DNA of 64,000 bases from Botryllus schlosseri (taxonomy: Eukaryota), in NCBI GenBank assembly GCA_051294905.1, contig CM119381.1:18662001-18726000 (forward strand), given 5' to 3'. The translations under genes were made by a program, and so were the position numbers. Positions 51,601 to 63,765 of the stretch are shown here, in pieces. The notes under the pieces are model-generated. The model was not told the origin of the DNA, made no database searches, and saw nothing but the letters and a program-made list of their open reading frames with translations. Positions within the stretch are counted from its first letter, which is position 1; the number at the start of each line of letters is the position of its first letter.

Positions 51601-53153
51601 TTGCTCAAGCGTTGTGATTTATCTAGCCTCATCGCCTTCTGTTCGCTGTTGGCGGAGTCTTGCGAAAGCCCAACCCTAGAACGAAAGTGAGCCATTATAT
51701 AACAGTCGGCGGCTCTGTCGGCTTTTGTAAAGTGACCACTAATGCGGAAATACCTTGAAAATCAATAGCAGCGGTAAGTATATGGGGTGTTTTCCAGACA
51801 AATATTGATAGTAGTCAGCACTGACAGATCGACCGGGCTTAACTGATAATCGTAAAATGGTATTACGCATATTTGCTCACCTTTACCGACCCTGTTTTCA
51901 AGGGTTCCACCACTGGCCGCATTCAATACGCAGTGACGATTCTCCGTTCGAATCGTCCCTTTCTCATCTCTGCGATCTGGACGACAAAGAGTCCGTTTTC
52001 GTCGGCAAGAAAGCCTTGCTCGCGAAGCGGGAAAAGCCGTTGACGAAAAAACTCGCCACCTTCACCATTGACGAGTGAGTGATGTTGGTTGCGCTTTTGT
52101 GACGCTGTGACCCTCTGCTAATGGGCACGATTTGATTTATTCGTAGCGAAACGCCCCTTTTTGGGCACGAAGCCATATGGCGAAACGGGGTGGTGGTCGG
52201 ATATGTGCGGAGCGCTACCTATGCGTTTGCGTTGGGCAAAGGAATTGCATTCGGGTAAGGACGCTATTACATAGGTTGTACTCGGAGTAGTTCTACCTTT
52301 CGAGATTACTCAAGTAATATGCAAGCAAATTCCGAAAATATATATTGTTACCATGATACAGGAACTATTTACCATGTTGTAATGATAATTTCACTCACAG
52401 TAGTGATACAAAGCAATGGAAAAGCTACTTCCTTCTGCACAAAAGCCAGAGTGTAAACAGCAAGTCGTTTTGCGTTAAAACCTGTCCAGTAGAACTGTAA
52501 ATAGTCCGCAAACAGGACCATGCAGTTGAGTAAGCTGTGAAAGTAGACAAAATCTATAATACTTGAGAGATCCCGAAAAGTAAAAGTACTTTATTACTGA
52601 CCGCCTTTGCTAACCACAGACGCAGTGATCGAGTTTCAGACTAAACATTGGTTAACTCTCAGTCGAAATTCGAATCACTAAACGGCACTGAATCGAATGG
52701 AAAGTCAACTCGAATCTGAAATTCAAATGCATTTGAAATTTGGCGGGAATTTTATATAGACAATGTCTATTAGACATTCACAGACCGGAAATCATAAAAG
52801 ATATAGGCTACTCGGCACGCGATTCCGATCGCGACTGTAAATCGCACGGGACATTTGTCACTGAAAATGCTAACGTGCAATATGCGTGTCCGTGATTCAT
52901 AGCCATTATATCTATTGCCTGTCAACACGCATGTACCACAATTTCAAGGTACGTCACACGACCGGAAGGCGGGGTAGTCGATGACGCATATATCATGTCC
53001 GGGGATTATGCCATCAAGCGAATGGGCGTTTCGCACAAGGCGCAAGTTCATATGTCAAGTCCGTTTGATCCCAAGTTTCGGCGGATGATGGGGAAGTACG
53101 AAGAAAGGCAAATCGAAGATTTGCGGGTTCTAATGAAGCAGAAATATGAGTGA
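39668..53153 (+). CDS. SARDH: Sarcosine dehydrogenase, mitochondrial (FAD-dependent, GcvT-type folate-binding C-terminus), 16 exons, 923 aa
   Basis: Exons: 39668-39974, 41088-41266, 42770-42949, 44090-44239, 45253-45432, 45486-45615, 45675-45852, 46756-46897, 47381-47587, 48220-48445, 49265-49412, 49946-50056, 50425-50573, 51903-52074, 52147-52254, 52949-53153. Total 2772 nt, all GT-AG, frame continuous. Arg-rich presequence, [70 protein letters not shown] and [11 protein letters not shown] fit SARDH rather than DMGDH. Confidence 0.95.
41552..42670. mobile_element. Non-autonomous hAT (Charlie-like) element in SARDH intron 2
   Basis: TIRs CAGTGGTTCCCAAC ... GTTGGGAACCACTG. Perfect 8-bp TSD ATTTACAC. 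GGGGGCGA subterminal motifs. Confidence 0.9.
43269..43810. mobile_element. GAGTC/CAAGTC-repeat hAT-like MITE carrying an inserted SINE A fragment (~43535-43620, - strand)
   Basis: Ends CAAGGTTATA ... TACAACTCTG with GGGATTTC on both flanks. A sister copy lies at 48461-48888. Confidence 0.7.
47045..47175 (+). mobile_element. SINE family A, 3' fragment in a SARDH intron
   Basis: ACAAAAGCCTAGAAC..GGGTCGTGCTACAAGTCGGCAG..GAATATTGGACTGATGTAAATGA..AAACACCATGAATA. Confidence 0.7.
48461..48888. mobile_element. GAGTC/CAAGTC-repeat hAT-like MITE
   Basis: CAGGGTT ... CAACCCAG ends. The interior matches 43269-43810 (TTTTCAAGTATC..GATAGACG..GAGTCAATACACA..TGACTCGAG). Confidence 0.7.
51137..51563. mobile_element. 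Foldback element with inverted arrays of a 15-bp unit
   Basis: About 10 units of ACCGAGAATGGACAT on the left and about 5 inverted units on the right. TGTCAA flanks both sides. Confidence 0.8.
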
Positions 53154-53192
53154 ACTGCGCGTTGTATGCTAACCAGGGTGTCGACCAAGTCG

Positions 53193-53883
53193 TTTAATAA
53201 TAATATTTGCAATTGTTGGCTATATTGTTGCTAGTGTGCATTTACAGTTGAATATTAAAGTTTTATATTTCATCAAGCGAACACGCTGAATTCGTTGACT
53301 TGCAACGTTGGCAGTTTGTCATTGGTAGCGCTGTAACTGGAGGAGGCAAGTGAAATCGAATCATAACGTATTCGAATTGGTTTCGAATATACGTGTCCTA
53401 ATTTATAGAATCGGATCGCCGCAAACCGATCAACAGTGCAACGCATGGATCTTATTCAGTGAATATCCAAGCACGCTGAGAGTAACCCGCTCGGTTATCA
53501 TGATTACCGCTAAGCCTGCGAGATAACCCAATTTCTGCATCCCATTGCGGTAAAAATTGTTGGTTCCTATCGTTGAACGCAGATTCGGTACTATAGAATT
53601 TCCGATTTGAAAAGTCAGAATAAAATCTTTCATGGTTCTGATCAAACTCGAATTTCCCGATTCTTGTTTTGATCGAGTCACGTTTGGCCGATAGTCGGAA
53701 CGATTATATCATGTCTGAATCTGGGTTCGGGTATAAAATGTGGGTCTCATTCGTGCGGTTTTTCTTTGCGCGTCACTTTATTTAATAATATTTGCAATTG
53801 TTGGCTATATTGTTGCTAGTGTGCATTTACAGTTGAATATTAAAGTTGTATTTCATCAAGCGAACACGCTGAATTCGTTGACT
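53193..53883. repeat. ~105-bp direct duplication downstream of the SARDH stop
   Basis: TAATAATATTTGCAATTGTTGGCTATATTG...GAACACGCTGAATTCGTTGACT is near-identical at ~53193-53300 and ~53781-53883. Confidence 0.9.
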
Positions 53884-55057
53884 CTGGTTATGGTATATAC
53901 AGCAAACGTATGGTATCCTGGAAGAGCTTATGTATAATTCATTAGTAACAACTGATGTGATTCATAATAAAATAGTAACGCGATTCATCATTAATGAAGA
54001 AAAATTAATAAATGAAAATAAAATAATTTAATTCATATGTAACAACTAATGTGATTCCAGGGAACCACAGACTAAACGTTCAGTTTGACATTCATGCAGG
54101 TTGACCATTGTACCATCCACCTGTTCATCTCTTCGGCAAGATTTGATGACATATTTAATTTGTCACATATACTCGACCACACATTGCTCTTGAATATGCA
54201 TATTTTTGATAAGGCGCTCATGCCGCTGATGGTCGAGGAACTTCATATCTTTGGACGTTAACGCTGGACTCCGTAATGCCATCAAACGCATCTCGTATTC
54301 TCAAAACCATTTGATTCCTGCGCCTCGACTATATACCAGCGACCAGGTCAGATTTGCACAAATCTTGGTTGATGTGTATTTCATAGGAACGAATCCTGAC
54401 TTTGGCGTATTGCTATTACGCGGCAGAAACGATCAACGTCGCGATAAAATGCGGTATAGGTAAAATGCGCTCAAATTTAAAACACAATGTGAAGGAATGC
54501 AGAGAATACATAAATAGAGATAATAAAATTATTAAACAACAATCGTAAAAACATGCCTAACGAAGTACTTTTACTCAAAACAACTTTCGTACGTCTAAAA
54601 TTTCAAAATAGAATGGACAGTGACCCTGGCATCGGTGTCAAAGCGAGTCGACAATTCAGTAACAATATTCGCTTTCCGAAGGACAAGCTGTCGGTCTGTT
54701 GCTGAATACATTCGTGTTGTTTGTGCTCATCATGTACGCAGTACGGCGGATGGTGTTGTGTCGGACGAGACTCCGTATGTCTCAGTTTCGTCGGATAAAT
54801 AATCGGGTTCAACCGAGCCTTGTTACGATTTCATTGAAGAATCTGCAAAATTTATGTGTGAATAGTTTGAAAATGGGAGTATATGTGTTATGTTCTGTAT
54901 AGGTCTCTACTTATGCCTCCTGTCAACTCAGAACACCGAGTAGCAAGAAAATGATACAATTATGATATTATGATGAACAAATGTGAGTTCAGAGTTGACT
55001 TTCATCGAACCCGTCAATTACCAGGTCCATTCACGGCTACGTGCAACACTCATCCAT

Positions 55058-58000
55058 CTAATTCTCAGTTATATCAGTGCGCTTTAAGGAATCAGACACA
55101 GATTTCGAAGGACCTGGTGAAAAATCTACTTCCAACGTAATTGCGAGAGCTTCAAACGCACAACGCGGTAGTCGCGTGACAGCAAGAATAAACAAAAATA
55201 TCTCACGCACCATTGCATTTATAATCCATGTCTGAATAGAAAACCATTTCTTGTGAAAATACGAACATTCCTATTCTCCCGCCTGCGTATGTCTTGTCGA
55301 CAACTCGACCCGAGTCGACAAGCAGATCTCTTCCCTCGTACATTTTGATCCTGGGAAGTAAACGCCGGTGAAGTTGGATGAAATTAAACCGGATATCGGC
55401 CGACTTACCTTATTTCTCCAGTAGAAGGTCGGTGGTTTAACATCCACCTATACGCTGTATAGTCCTTCCAGCCTTGGAACTTTTCGTCGGTCCATAGCGT
55501 CCTGACCTGAATCAATGAAAATATGCGAAATTTAGCTAAAGTCGGTCCAAGATTATACTTCAACATGAAAAAAGTAGAATCAAGAAGGCAAGTATACAAA
55601 GAGCGGCATGCGTCAACTTAGGTCCTCTATTGTTGGGTGTATACTGTACAAGTGTACATAGATCTAGTTCACGACCTAATGTACTTATAGGCCTATGTCA
55701 TGTTTGTGAGTATATCTGAGTCATTATCATTGGCAGTCATTATACCTGATCAGCAGTGTCGCCTGTATGCCAAAGTGCATTCCTCAGGTGCTCGCCTGGG
55801 CCTGTTACTGATTCCACGACCTGATGAGGAAACGAGTCTCGATTATAACGTGTCCAGAACCAGCGTCGTCTATGATTGCTTACCTTCAGCTGTAAGCCAG
55901 CGTAACCATGGGCTTGTCTTGGATAAGGTTTCCAGTATTGTTGCGTAACTTGTTTCCACATCAGTACGTAGAAACGTTTCGAAGATTGGTAACCGAAAAC
56001 AAAACCAGCGAAATCGTCGTCTTTATTCGTATTTATGAAGAAGGTGCCTTCGAAATCAACTCCAGCAAACATATCGTTTCCTAAATAGAGTTATAATCGG
56101 TTAGAAGCGTATTCGATGAGAATAGACACCACCTCGATTCATACCGATAGCTAGGCCAGGATCACAATTTTTCGTCTGTACTATTTCCTTCCCTCTGTGT
56201 CGGACCACCCAGTTCGGATCTACTTGTGCGACACCTCGCGGATCTAATTTTACTTTGTCAAATTTCGTAAAGTCGGTTTTAGTAATTTGAGCGTTATCCA
56301 TGCACGCATCTTCGTAGTCAGAGACTCCGTCGCCGTCAAAATCATTTTCACACACATCGCCGCGTCCATTTCCTGAAAAAATGTGTGAATGGGTAAAATA
56401 TTGAAGAAAAGCAATGAATGCAGGCGTTTCGGTCACACACCATTAGAGTCCCTTTGATCAGGGTTAGAAATAAGACGACAGTTATCACGGCCATCCGGTA
56501 CTCCGTCGTTGTCATCATCTGGGTCGCAAGCATCTCCTGTTGCAAGAAAAAGTAAAGGTATTCAGCGTTTTGTTGGTGAGTTATAATACGCATCTGAAGT
56601 AGTGAGAGCAATATTATTACCCAAACCATCGCCGTCGTGGTCTGCCTGGCCACTGTTCGCTATGAAAGGACAGTTGTCCAAGTCATCTTGAATGCCATCG
56701 TTGTCTCTATCTTCGTCCGTATCGCATGCGTCGCCAACGCGATCAGAGTCTGCGTCTGCCTGTGAAAAGGTACAGATGTTAGACAAATTCTCCGGCGTGA
56801 TTGCGCGTGAGAGATACCTGATCAGCATTCGCTATGTCTTTGCAGTTGTCGCACACATCCCCAACAAAATCGCCATCGCTATCAAGCTGATCTACATTGC
56901 TCACGTATACGCAGTTGTCGTCCTCATTTAGAATACCTATACGAAAAGCCGATGATATCAGCATGACGTGTATTCGTGTAGCTCGGTTAACGTACCATCG
57001 CCATCAATATCGTTGTCGCAAGCGTCGCCCGTTCCGTCGTTGTCCGTGTCCACTTGGCCTTCGTTTCGCAGGAACGGACAGTTGTCGCACACATCGCCGA
57101 CTAGGTCACGATCGGAATCGTGTTGAGATGGGTTGTAGATCAGAGGACAGTTATCCTAATAAAAATGGTTCGGATTTTAGCGTGATGGCAGGCGTATGCG
57201 GTTTAGGGAAATGAGACTCATTTGATTGAATACAAGTTCAAGGAAATATATATGGAAATCATCATATAAGTGGCCAGAGTAGTCGGCATTGCTGCTCAAG
57301 TAGAACTGATACCACGAATTTCCCCTCAATTACAGGTAAGAGTAGCGATGATCAGGACATGTTAAAACCATTCCAAGTAGAAGATGGAGATGAAAGCTTT
57401 GAAAAGCATTCAAGTAAGTGGTTTAAAAAAGTCGAAGAGTCCCATACTTTTTGCAGTTATTCGTTGATGACTGCATTGTTGAGTTGTTAAGTATAATTGG
57501 AAGTAGGCCAAAAACATAACCTCCTGAATAAGTAATGCGTGTAGGCAAAACCTATTAAAGCAGTCCGAAAAAGTAGACGTAATCCGTTACTAGCCACATC
57601 TGGGAATCGGAGAAGCATGGTGATGTCCGTAATCTGGGGTGGTGGTAAAATAATGCATCGACTGCTTACCTTGGGCTCGAGAATGCCATCGTTGTCTTTA
57701 TCCGTGTCGCAAGCATCTCCCAATTCGTCTCCGTCCGCATTTTCCTGGCCACTGTTCGGTAACGTTCTACAATTGTCTCTGGCACAGGTGGCCTATTACG
57801 TGAGAATAGAAATCTTGTTATTTTCGGTGATCAACTCCCATAAACAATATGAAACTCACATTGACTCCATCCTTAGTACACGTGACCTCCGAATCAGGTA
57901 TTCCGTCTAAGTCTGAGTCTTCCGCGCATACTAATCCGCCGCATGCGTCGCAGGACGAAAATCCGGGATGACACTGATCGAAAGAATTTGGTTAATATTC

Positions 58001-61000
58001 AGTTGCCCGGTGGCTAGAGCCCCGTGCGGCATCATTTAATCCCATAGAATTTCGATGGTGATTAAGTGCATTGAGAATGTCGATTGGGTCGAATGGTGTT
58101 TCGACATAATCGAACCTTCAAGTATGCTATTATTCCGATCCAAGTGCTTATCGTTGTAGGGCGATGAATGCCTTATAAGTTTACAAAATGAGATATGCGC
58201 CCTCCGCCTAGCCGATTAAAGCTGTTTCAACTAACACCGACCCGCCGCCGCTCTCGAGACTTCTATATTGATCACTTCAACGTCCGAAAGGTTTTCCCTA
58301 TGGGTTCGCAAATACAAGTTGTTTTGTCTTCCGCACTACGCAGGTGGCATATGATAATGTGAATAATCGGAATGCGAAGGCCTACTCGATGAGAATAAAT
58401 AGCATCAATGTCACATTCGAAATTTACTTCTCCCACTCGACCATAATCTGCCGACTTGAGCTGGTTCCAAAGTCACCTACATGACTATGGCTAGCCTATA
58501 AATATGCTATATTATTGCTATATATTGCCATGACTATAAATAATTCCGCGGGTTCAGATGTTCAAGTGGGTATTGCATGGTATTCGCGGTATACTGGATG
58601 AGCTACTAGAGTCAGTTTCCGGTCTCAGTGAACTGGAGAGTATAATTCACAGCCAAGGCTTTTTCCGCTGGTAATTTGCTGGTATTCGCGTTTTTACCCT
58701 ATATGTAAGTCTCGCGGTATGTAGAGTCGCGTTTTATACATACCTTGCACGTGTACGGGGGGCTAATCGCAATACCCAAAAAGACGCACTCGGCATTTGT
58801 GGGACATGGATTAGATCCGTCGGTGCATGGGTTCACAACCTCGCACGTTTGCTTGCGATCAACAGCATACTCGACGCCAGTGCCTGCAGGGGTATCACCT
58901 GAAAATCCATTTCGTTGAAACTTGTTCTACATAGGTATACTAGCAACGGTACCTTTGTGACCGGTCGGGCAAGGCATGCAGGAATATCCGCCTGGATAAT
59001 TGTGACACCTGTGTCTGCCTTCGTAGTTGAAACAAGCGTCTGGCACCAATTTGCACTGAAATTCGAAAAGGCAATGTCAATATTCGGGAGTCTTAAGAAT
59101 TCATTATCGTATTTTGTAAATTGCGCGCTTGTTTATTTGTTTAGCACAATCTGGGATTATAGTCTTCATTTTCTGGTTAATATCAGGATTTGCGGTCAAC
59201 CAACAAATAAACGGACGGCTTCAATCCCAGAGATTAGCGAAATACCTGAAAGTCGAATGCCGTGTCACTTATCGCGATCATTTAATACGCGGAATGCGAT
59301 TTGCCCACGTATCACATATCGCGAAAATTCTTTTAGCGTTGCATACGTTATTCGACAACCCACATTTTTTATAGAAGATTCACGAACTTGTTACTGCGGT
59401 TGTAGCGGATCAGATAAAGTACGCCATGTCTATTATACAAAAAGGAAACCATACTGTAAGTCTATTCATAGTTGTTGTCGTGTTGCGCGTCACCTGTTAT
59501 TTTACCTTACACGGCATCTATTCATTATGGTGCACATTAAAATATCAGGGTCGGCGATAAATCATTTAACACTAGAAATGCTACAAGGACGCCTCGCAAC
59601 TTTTATGTGGTACGTGTTTCCCAATCTAGGATTACACCGTATTCGCGCGTGTTGAAGTAAATGATTGAGAAGGGGATCGGTTGGGAACATTATATTGCGC
59701 TTAATACCGTTAAAATATATGAATTTAATGCCTTTACCTCGTTAATATCAGTGCAGTTTTTTCCATCGCCTTGCATTCCCGACTGGCAATTTCCACACTC
59801 GTACGAACCGTCGTCAGATGGCGTGCATGTGACTCCCGGATAACAGGGGCTCTCCAATGCGCACGTATCTGTAAATATGAGGGTTTAACGGGATAACAGG
59901 ATTACCTAACCACGAAAATCACTCACCTATCGGGCAAGGATGCTCGTTGCACATCTCCACCTCGGATTTGTCACCACCACAGTCTTTACCGCCGTTTTCC
60001 GGAAGTGGGTTGTTGCACTCGCGCGTGCGCATTTTGTAACCCCCGCCGCAAGAAGCGGAACATTCGGAATACGGGGTGAACGGACCCCATCCGCCATGGA
60101 CTGTTGAAATACAAAGACGTAGTTTAAGAATGCTGTCTGTCATCTTTAAGATATCGTATCCAGCAGAGGTAGGATTTTCTACGAAATATATTGCTTCAAC
60201 GAGTCAAAGTCATGCAAGTTTGTAATTTATGAAACAGAATACATGAGAGCATATGTATGTAAATTTATATATATACAGTCATAGGCGCCGACTTTTATTT
60301 TTTTACGAGGTGGCGAAGTCTTGTGACGTCATAATTGTTCCGTGTCGATGACGTCATCGTCCCACTAAAACGCACTTTCCTACATGCCGCTGGTGTACTG
60401 ACTGACTGATTGATCAGCGTTATCCATTTGCGTTTTACGTTACGTTTTAATACCGACTCTGCACTCATTATTATCAAACCATGCAGTCGAGTGATTAAGT
60501 GGAATCTTAAAACGGTACGATCATTCGTCCGACGATGTATACGATGCATTCCATCAGGCGGAATGCATCGAACAAAAATCAGAATTTACGTCACTGAGAA
60601 TTTGAAGTTGCATCAATGTTATTAACACGCAATGCGTCGTGTGAGTAACGAAATACACCACGCACTGGGCTGGCAAGTTCGCAAGTAACACACGACAACT
60701 CTCGAATATGAGGTTTCGAACCGACAATAATGATGATTACAAACGTGACATCGCGCAGCTAATCAGCAATTGTCTCGTGCGGTTTCTGGCTTCGCATTGA
60801 GAAGCTCGCATCGCGGCAATTGTTTGCAGATTAAAACAGGGATTTTGGCGGCATTGGTGCATTTCCCGATTTACGTTCGCTAAGCATTTTTGAGTACATC
60901 CAGGCGCGAAGCCAGGGGGTTTCGGGGGTCGAAAGCCCCTCCTTTGGAAGCGCGAAACCCCCTCCTTAAACGCGAAACCCCGCCCTTTTCAAATGAGCGC

Positions 61001-63765
61001 TCCGTCGCTAATACTCGGTTGCAATTCCGTCGTATTATCAGTGTTACGCGCGGCCAATTAACGAAAGGCGTGTCGACAATAAGCGAGATCCGTCCGTACG
61101 CATTGCACTGCACAATGTAACGCGGCACGATCTCCCGCTGAGATAATTGCGAAATTAGGTCATTGCCCCGCGCTCGGCAATTGTTGGTAGCCTAATTTAT
61201 CGCGTCACCTACAAGCCTAATTCCGTCGCATCTGCAATAGGCCCGGTGCGCACGATATCATCGTTGGCTCACAAAATCGCATCTGCATTGGCTTGGTGCA
61301 CACGAGATCATCACTGGCCTACACAATCCCATCTGCAATAGGCCTAGTACGAAAGATATCGCTAGCCTAACTACCGCGTCTCGGTCCTACCATGCTTTGG
61401 CTCCTAGTTCCCGATAGCGATAGCTTGGATAAACTGCAGTTAAGTGTATGCTGATTAGCGATTGTGGTTAAAGAGTGACTTCGCGAAACTGAATGACATC
61501 GAATGTCCGCAAACATGTGCGACGCGTGCGTACGTACAAGTACATGCGTAATTGATTTCCGCTAATACTTGAACATAACCATCAGAAGCTGTGATAAGGC
61601 TTGAGTTATAAAAGAGGAAAGGTTTGAACCACCTGAAATCGGCGTCATTGTAGCACATATTCCAAATAAACTGGTACATTTTGACTTGCGCAAATCGTCG
61701 CCAATGCTACATAAGACGTAGGACGCATTGATAACCGCGCGTATTTAATTGTTCACGGCCGATCAGAGAGTCGCTAATTAACAGCACTTTCTGACTCGTC
61801 AACAAGCTTATCATACGAGTATGCCGTATAATCATCAACACGATGATATCGTGCACACCAGGCAGAAGCCGCCAATGCAGATGCGATTGCGCAGACAAGC
61901 GATGATATAGTTTGAACTGGGCCTATTGCAGATGCGATTGTTCAAGCCAGCGGAATCAGGCTTGTTCGAGATGCGATAAATCAGGCTGGCGACGATTGCC
62001 ACGCGCACGACAATGATTGACCTAATTTCGCGACCATCTCAGCGGGATATCATCACAGACTGTTCGCGCTGATTGAAAACTTGCCTCTCGCAAATTGGGC
62101 GCACGGAACACTGATATTGATAACAAAATTATTGAATTGCAACTGAATATTGGAGTTAATATGGTCATTTCAAAATGACGGGGTTTCACGTATAAATAAC
62201 TAAGACGTCTCTAAGGAGGTCGCATCGATTCGCCTGATTACTAATTACTGGTCACAAACAACTTGGGCGTTTGAGCATTTCGTACGAGGTGGCCGCCACC
62301 TCGTAAATATGGTGACGAGGTGGCTGCGCCACCTCGTAACCTCGTAAGTCGGCGCCTATGTATACAGTACACATTTGCGCGCGGAAAGGTCTAGACTTGT
62401 TGTAATCGAAGCGTTGTGAACTGTAACGGCGCGTCTGTTTACGTTGTACTTACTTGGGCACGGAATGCTTTTACATTTCCTTGTATGGCTCGACTCGCCG
62501 ACGCATTCATCTCCTCCGTGCTGCGGAGCAGGGTTGTTACAAACGCGATTGCGCGATTTCTGTCCGTGCCCGCAAGATACGCTGCACGGCCCGTATTTCG
62601 ACCACGGAGACCACCGACCGTCTGTACGAAAATTAATAAAAAGAACATACAGATGCTCACGTCTCCTTTAGCAATGTATTTTTACTCTTACTTATCGGAC
62701 AAGGTCTGTCGTTGCAAGTGGTTGTTTCAGTGTCACTTCCGAAACACACTTTCCCTCCAAACTGTGGCGGTGGGTTATCGCATTGTCGGGTTCTGGTTCT
62801 TGTTCCTTCACCGCACGTAGTGCTGCACTGAGAGTACGGCGAATATGGTCCCCACTGTCCGTTGACTGCAATGTTTATCGTCTAAGTGTTTATTACAATT
62901 CCGGGACTATGGCAACATTGGAATGAGAAGCGGTTGCCTATTCTGGTGGTCTGTCAATTCGAGGAAGAGTTAAAACGAAATTGGATATCAAGTCGGTCAA
63001 GTTTTCTTGTCAATCGATCACGAATGCTCTCTCGCGTGTAGAAGGATTAAAAACACGTTTGTCTTTATATAAGTCAATCTATTTACTTGGACATCGCTTC
63101 GTGCTGCAAGGCTTGCTTTGTCTCCTCTCTCCATCACAATCCCGCCCGCCATGTTGCGGCGATGGTGCGTTGCACTCCCGAATCCTGGTGACGAAGCCGT
63201 CGCCGCATGTGACGTCACAAGCGCTCCATGGAGACCAGAATGACCACTTGCCGTCAAGTTTCACTGAATATACAGATATACGGGTTGTTGTTATTTTTGG
63301 TATACTTGGTATATATACTATACTATTGTCCCACATCACACGTATAGTAAGATATGAAGCAATTTTCAATTCATATATCTTCTCGAATATTTAGCCTATT
63401 CTCTCATTCATTCATACTTTCGACATCCTTGTTCTTAATGATGAATGATCTGAAGACTTATGGGACGGCCCGCTTTCATTCTAGGATCTTGTAAGACACT
63501 ACTAGTGCGGATCGCATATCAGAGGTGGATCGTACTGCTACGCTACTCGCCGCCAGCGGGTGTATAATGGTATGGTATGACGCAATGTTGTGGTCATTAC
63601 CCTTGCGATCGCAGGGATCCATAACGCAGTTTCTGGACTCCTTGGTTTTCAATTTGCATTGAAATTTGACTTGGTCGCAGGCCCGTCCTCGTTGCTGCTG
63701 GCCTATTCCGCAAGAAACAGAACACGGGGTCCATTCCGACCATTGCGAATACCCGTCCGCATCAC
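55058..63765 (-). CDS. THBS: Subgroup-A thrombospondin (THBS1/2-like), 5'-incomplete: 5 TSR + 3 EGF + type-3 Ca-binding repeats + L-lectin C-terminal domain
   Basis: 20 phase-consistent exons (5'->3'): 63765-63601, 63263-63087, 62865-62692, 62621-62454, 60100-59927, 59868-59738, 59055-58953, 58898-58744, 57973-57860, 57792-57670, 57155-56996, 56936-56818, 56759-56621, 56536-56441, 56372-56145, 56080-55884, 55820-55746, 55506-55409, 55350-55211, 55113-55058. Motifs [23 protein letters not shown] repeats, GNGRGDVC (RGD), [55 protein letters not shown]. Confidence 0.95.
60280..62360. mobile_element. Composite non-autonomous hAT element, copy 2 (2081 bp), in a THBS intron
   Basis: Same 15-bp TIR as 32301-34451. 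Own perfect 8-bp TSD TATACAGT. Confidence 0.93.

Noticed and set aside
58915-59655. 246-aa plus-strand ORF
   Set aside because: It is antisense to a thrombospondin EGF exon plus intron and has no domain-like features. Probably a chance open frame.
39668-63765. SARDH-thrombospondin adjacency as ancient synteny (cf. human DMGDH near THBS4)
   Set aside because: The human pair involves the other paralogue and a subgroup-B thrombospondin and is not adjacent. One window cannot support the claim.
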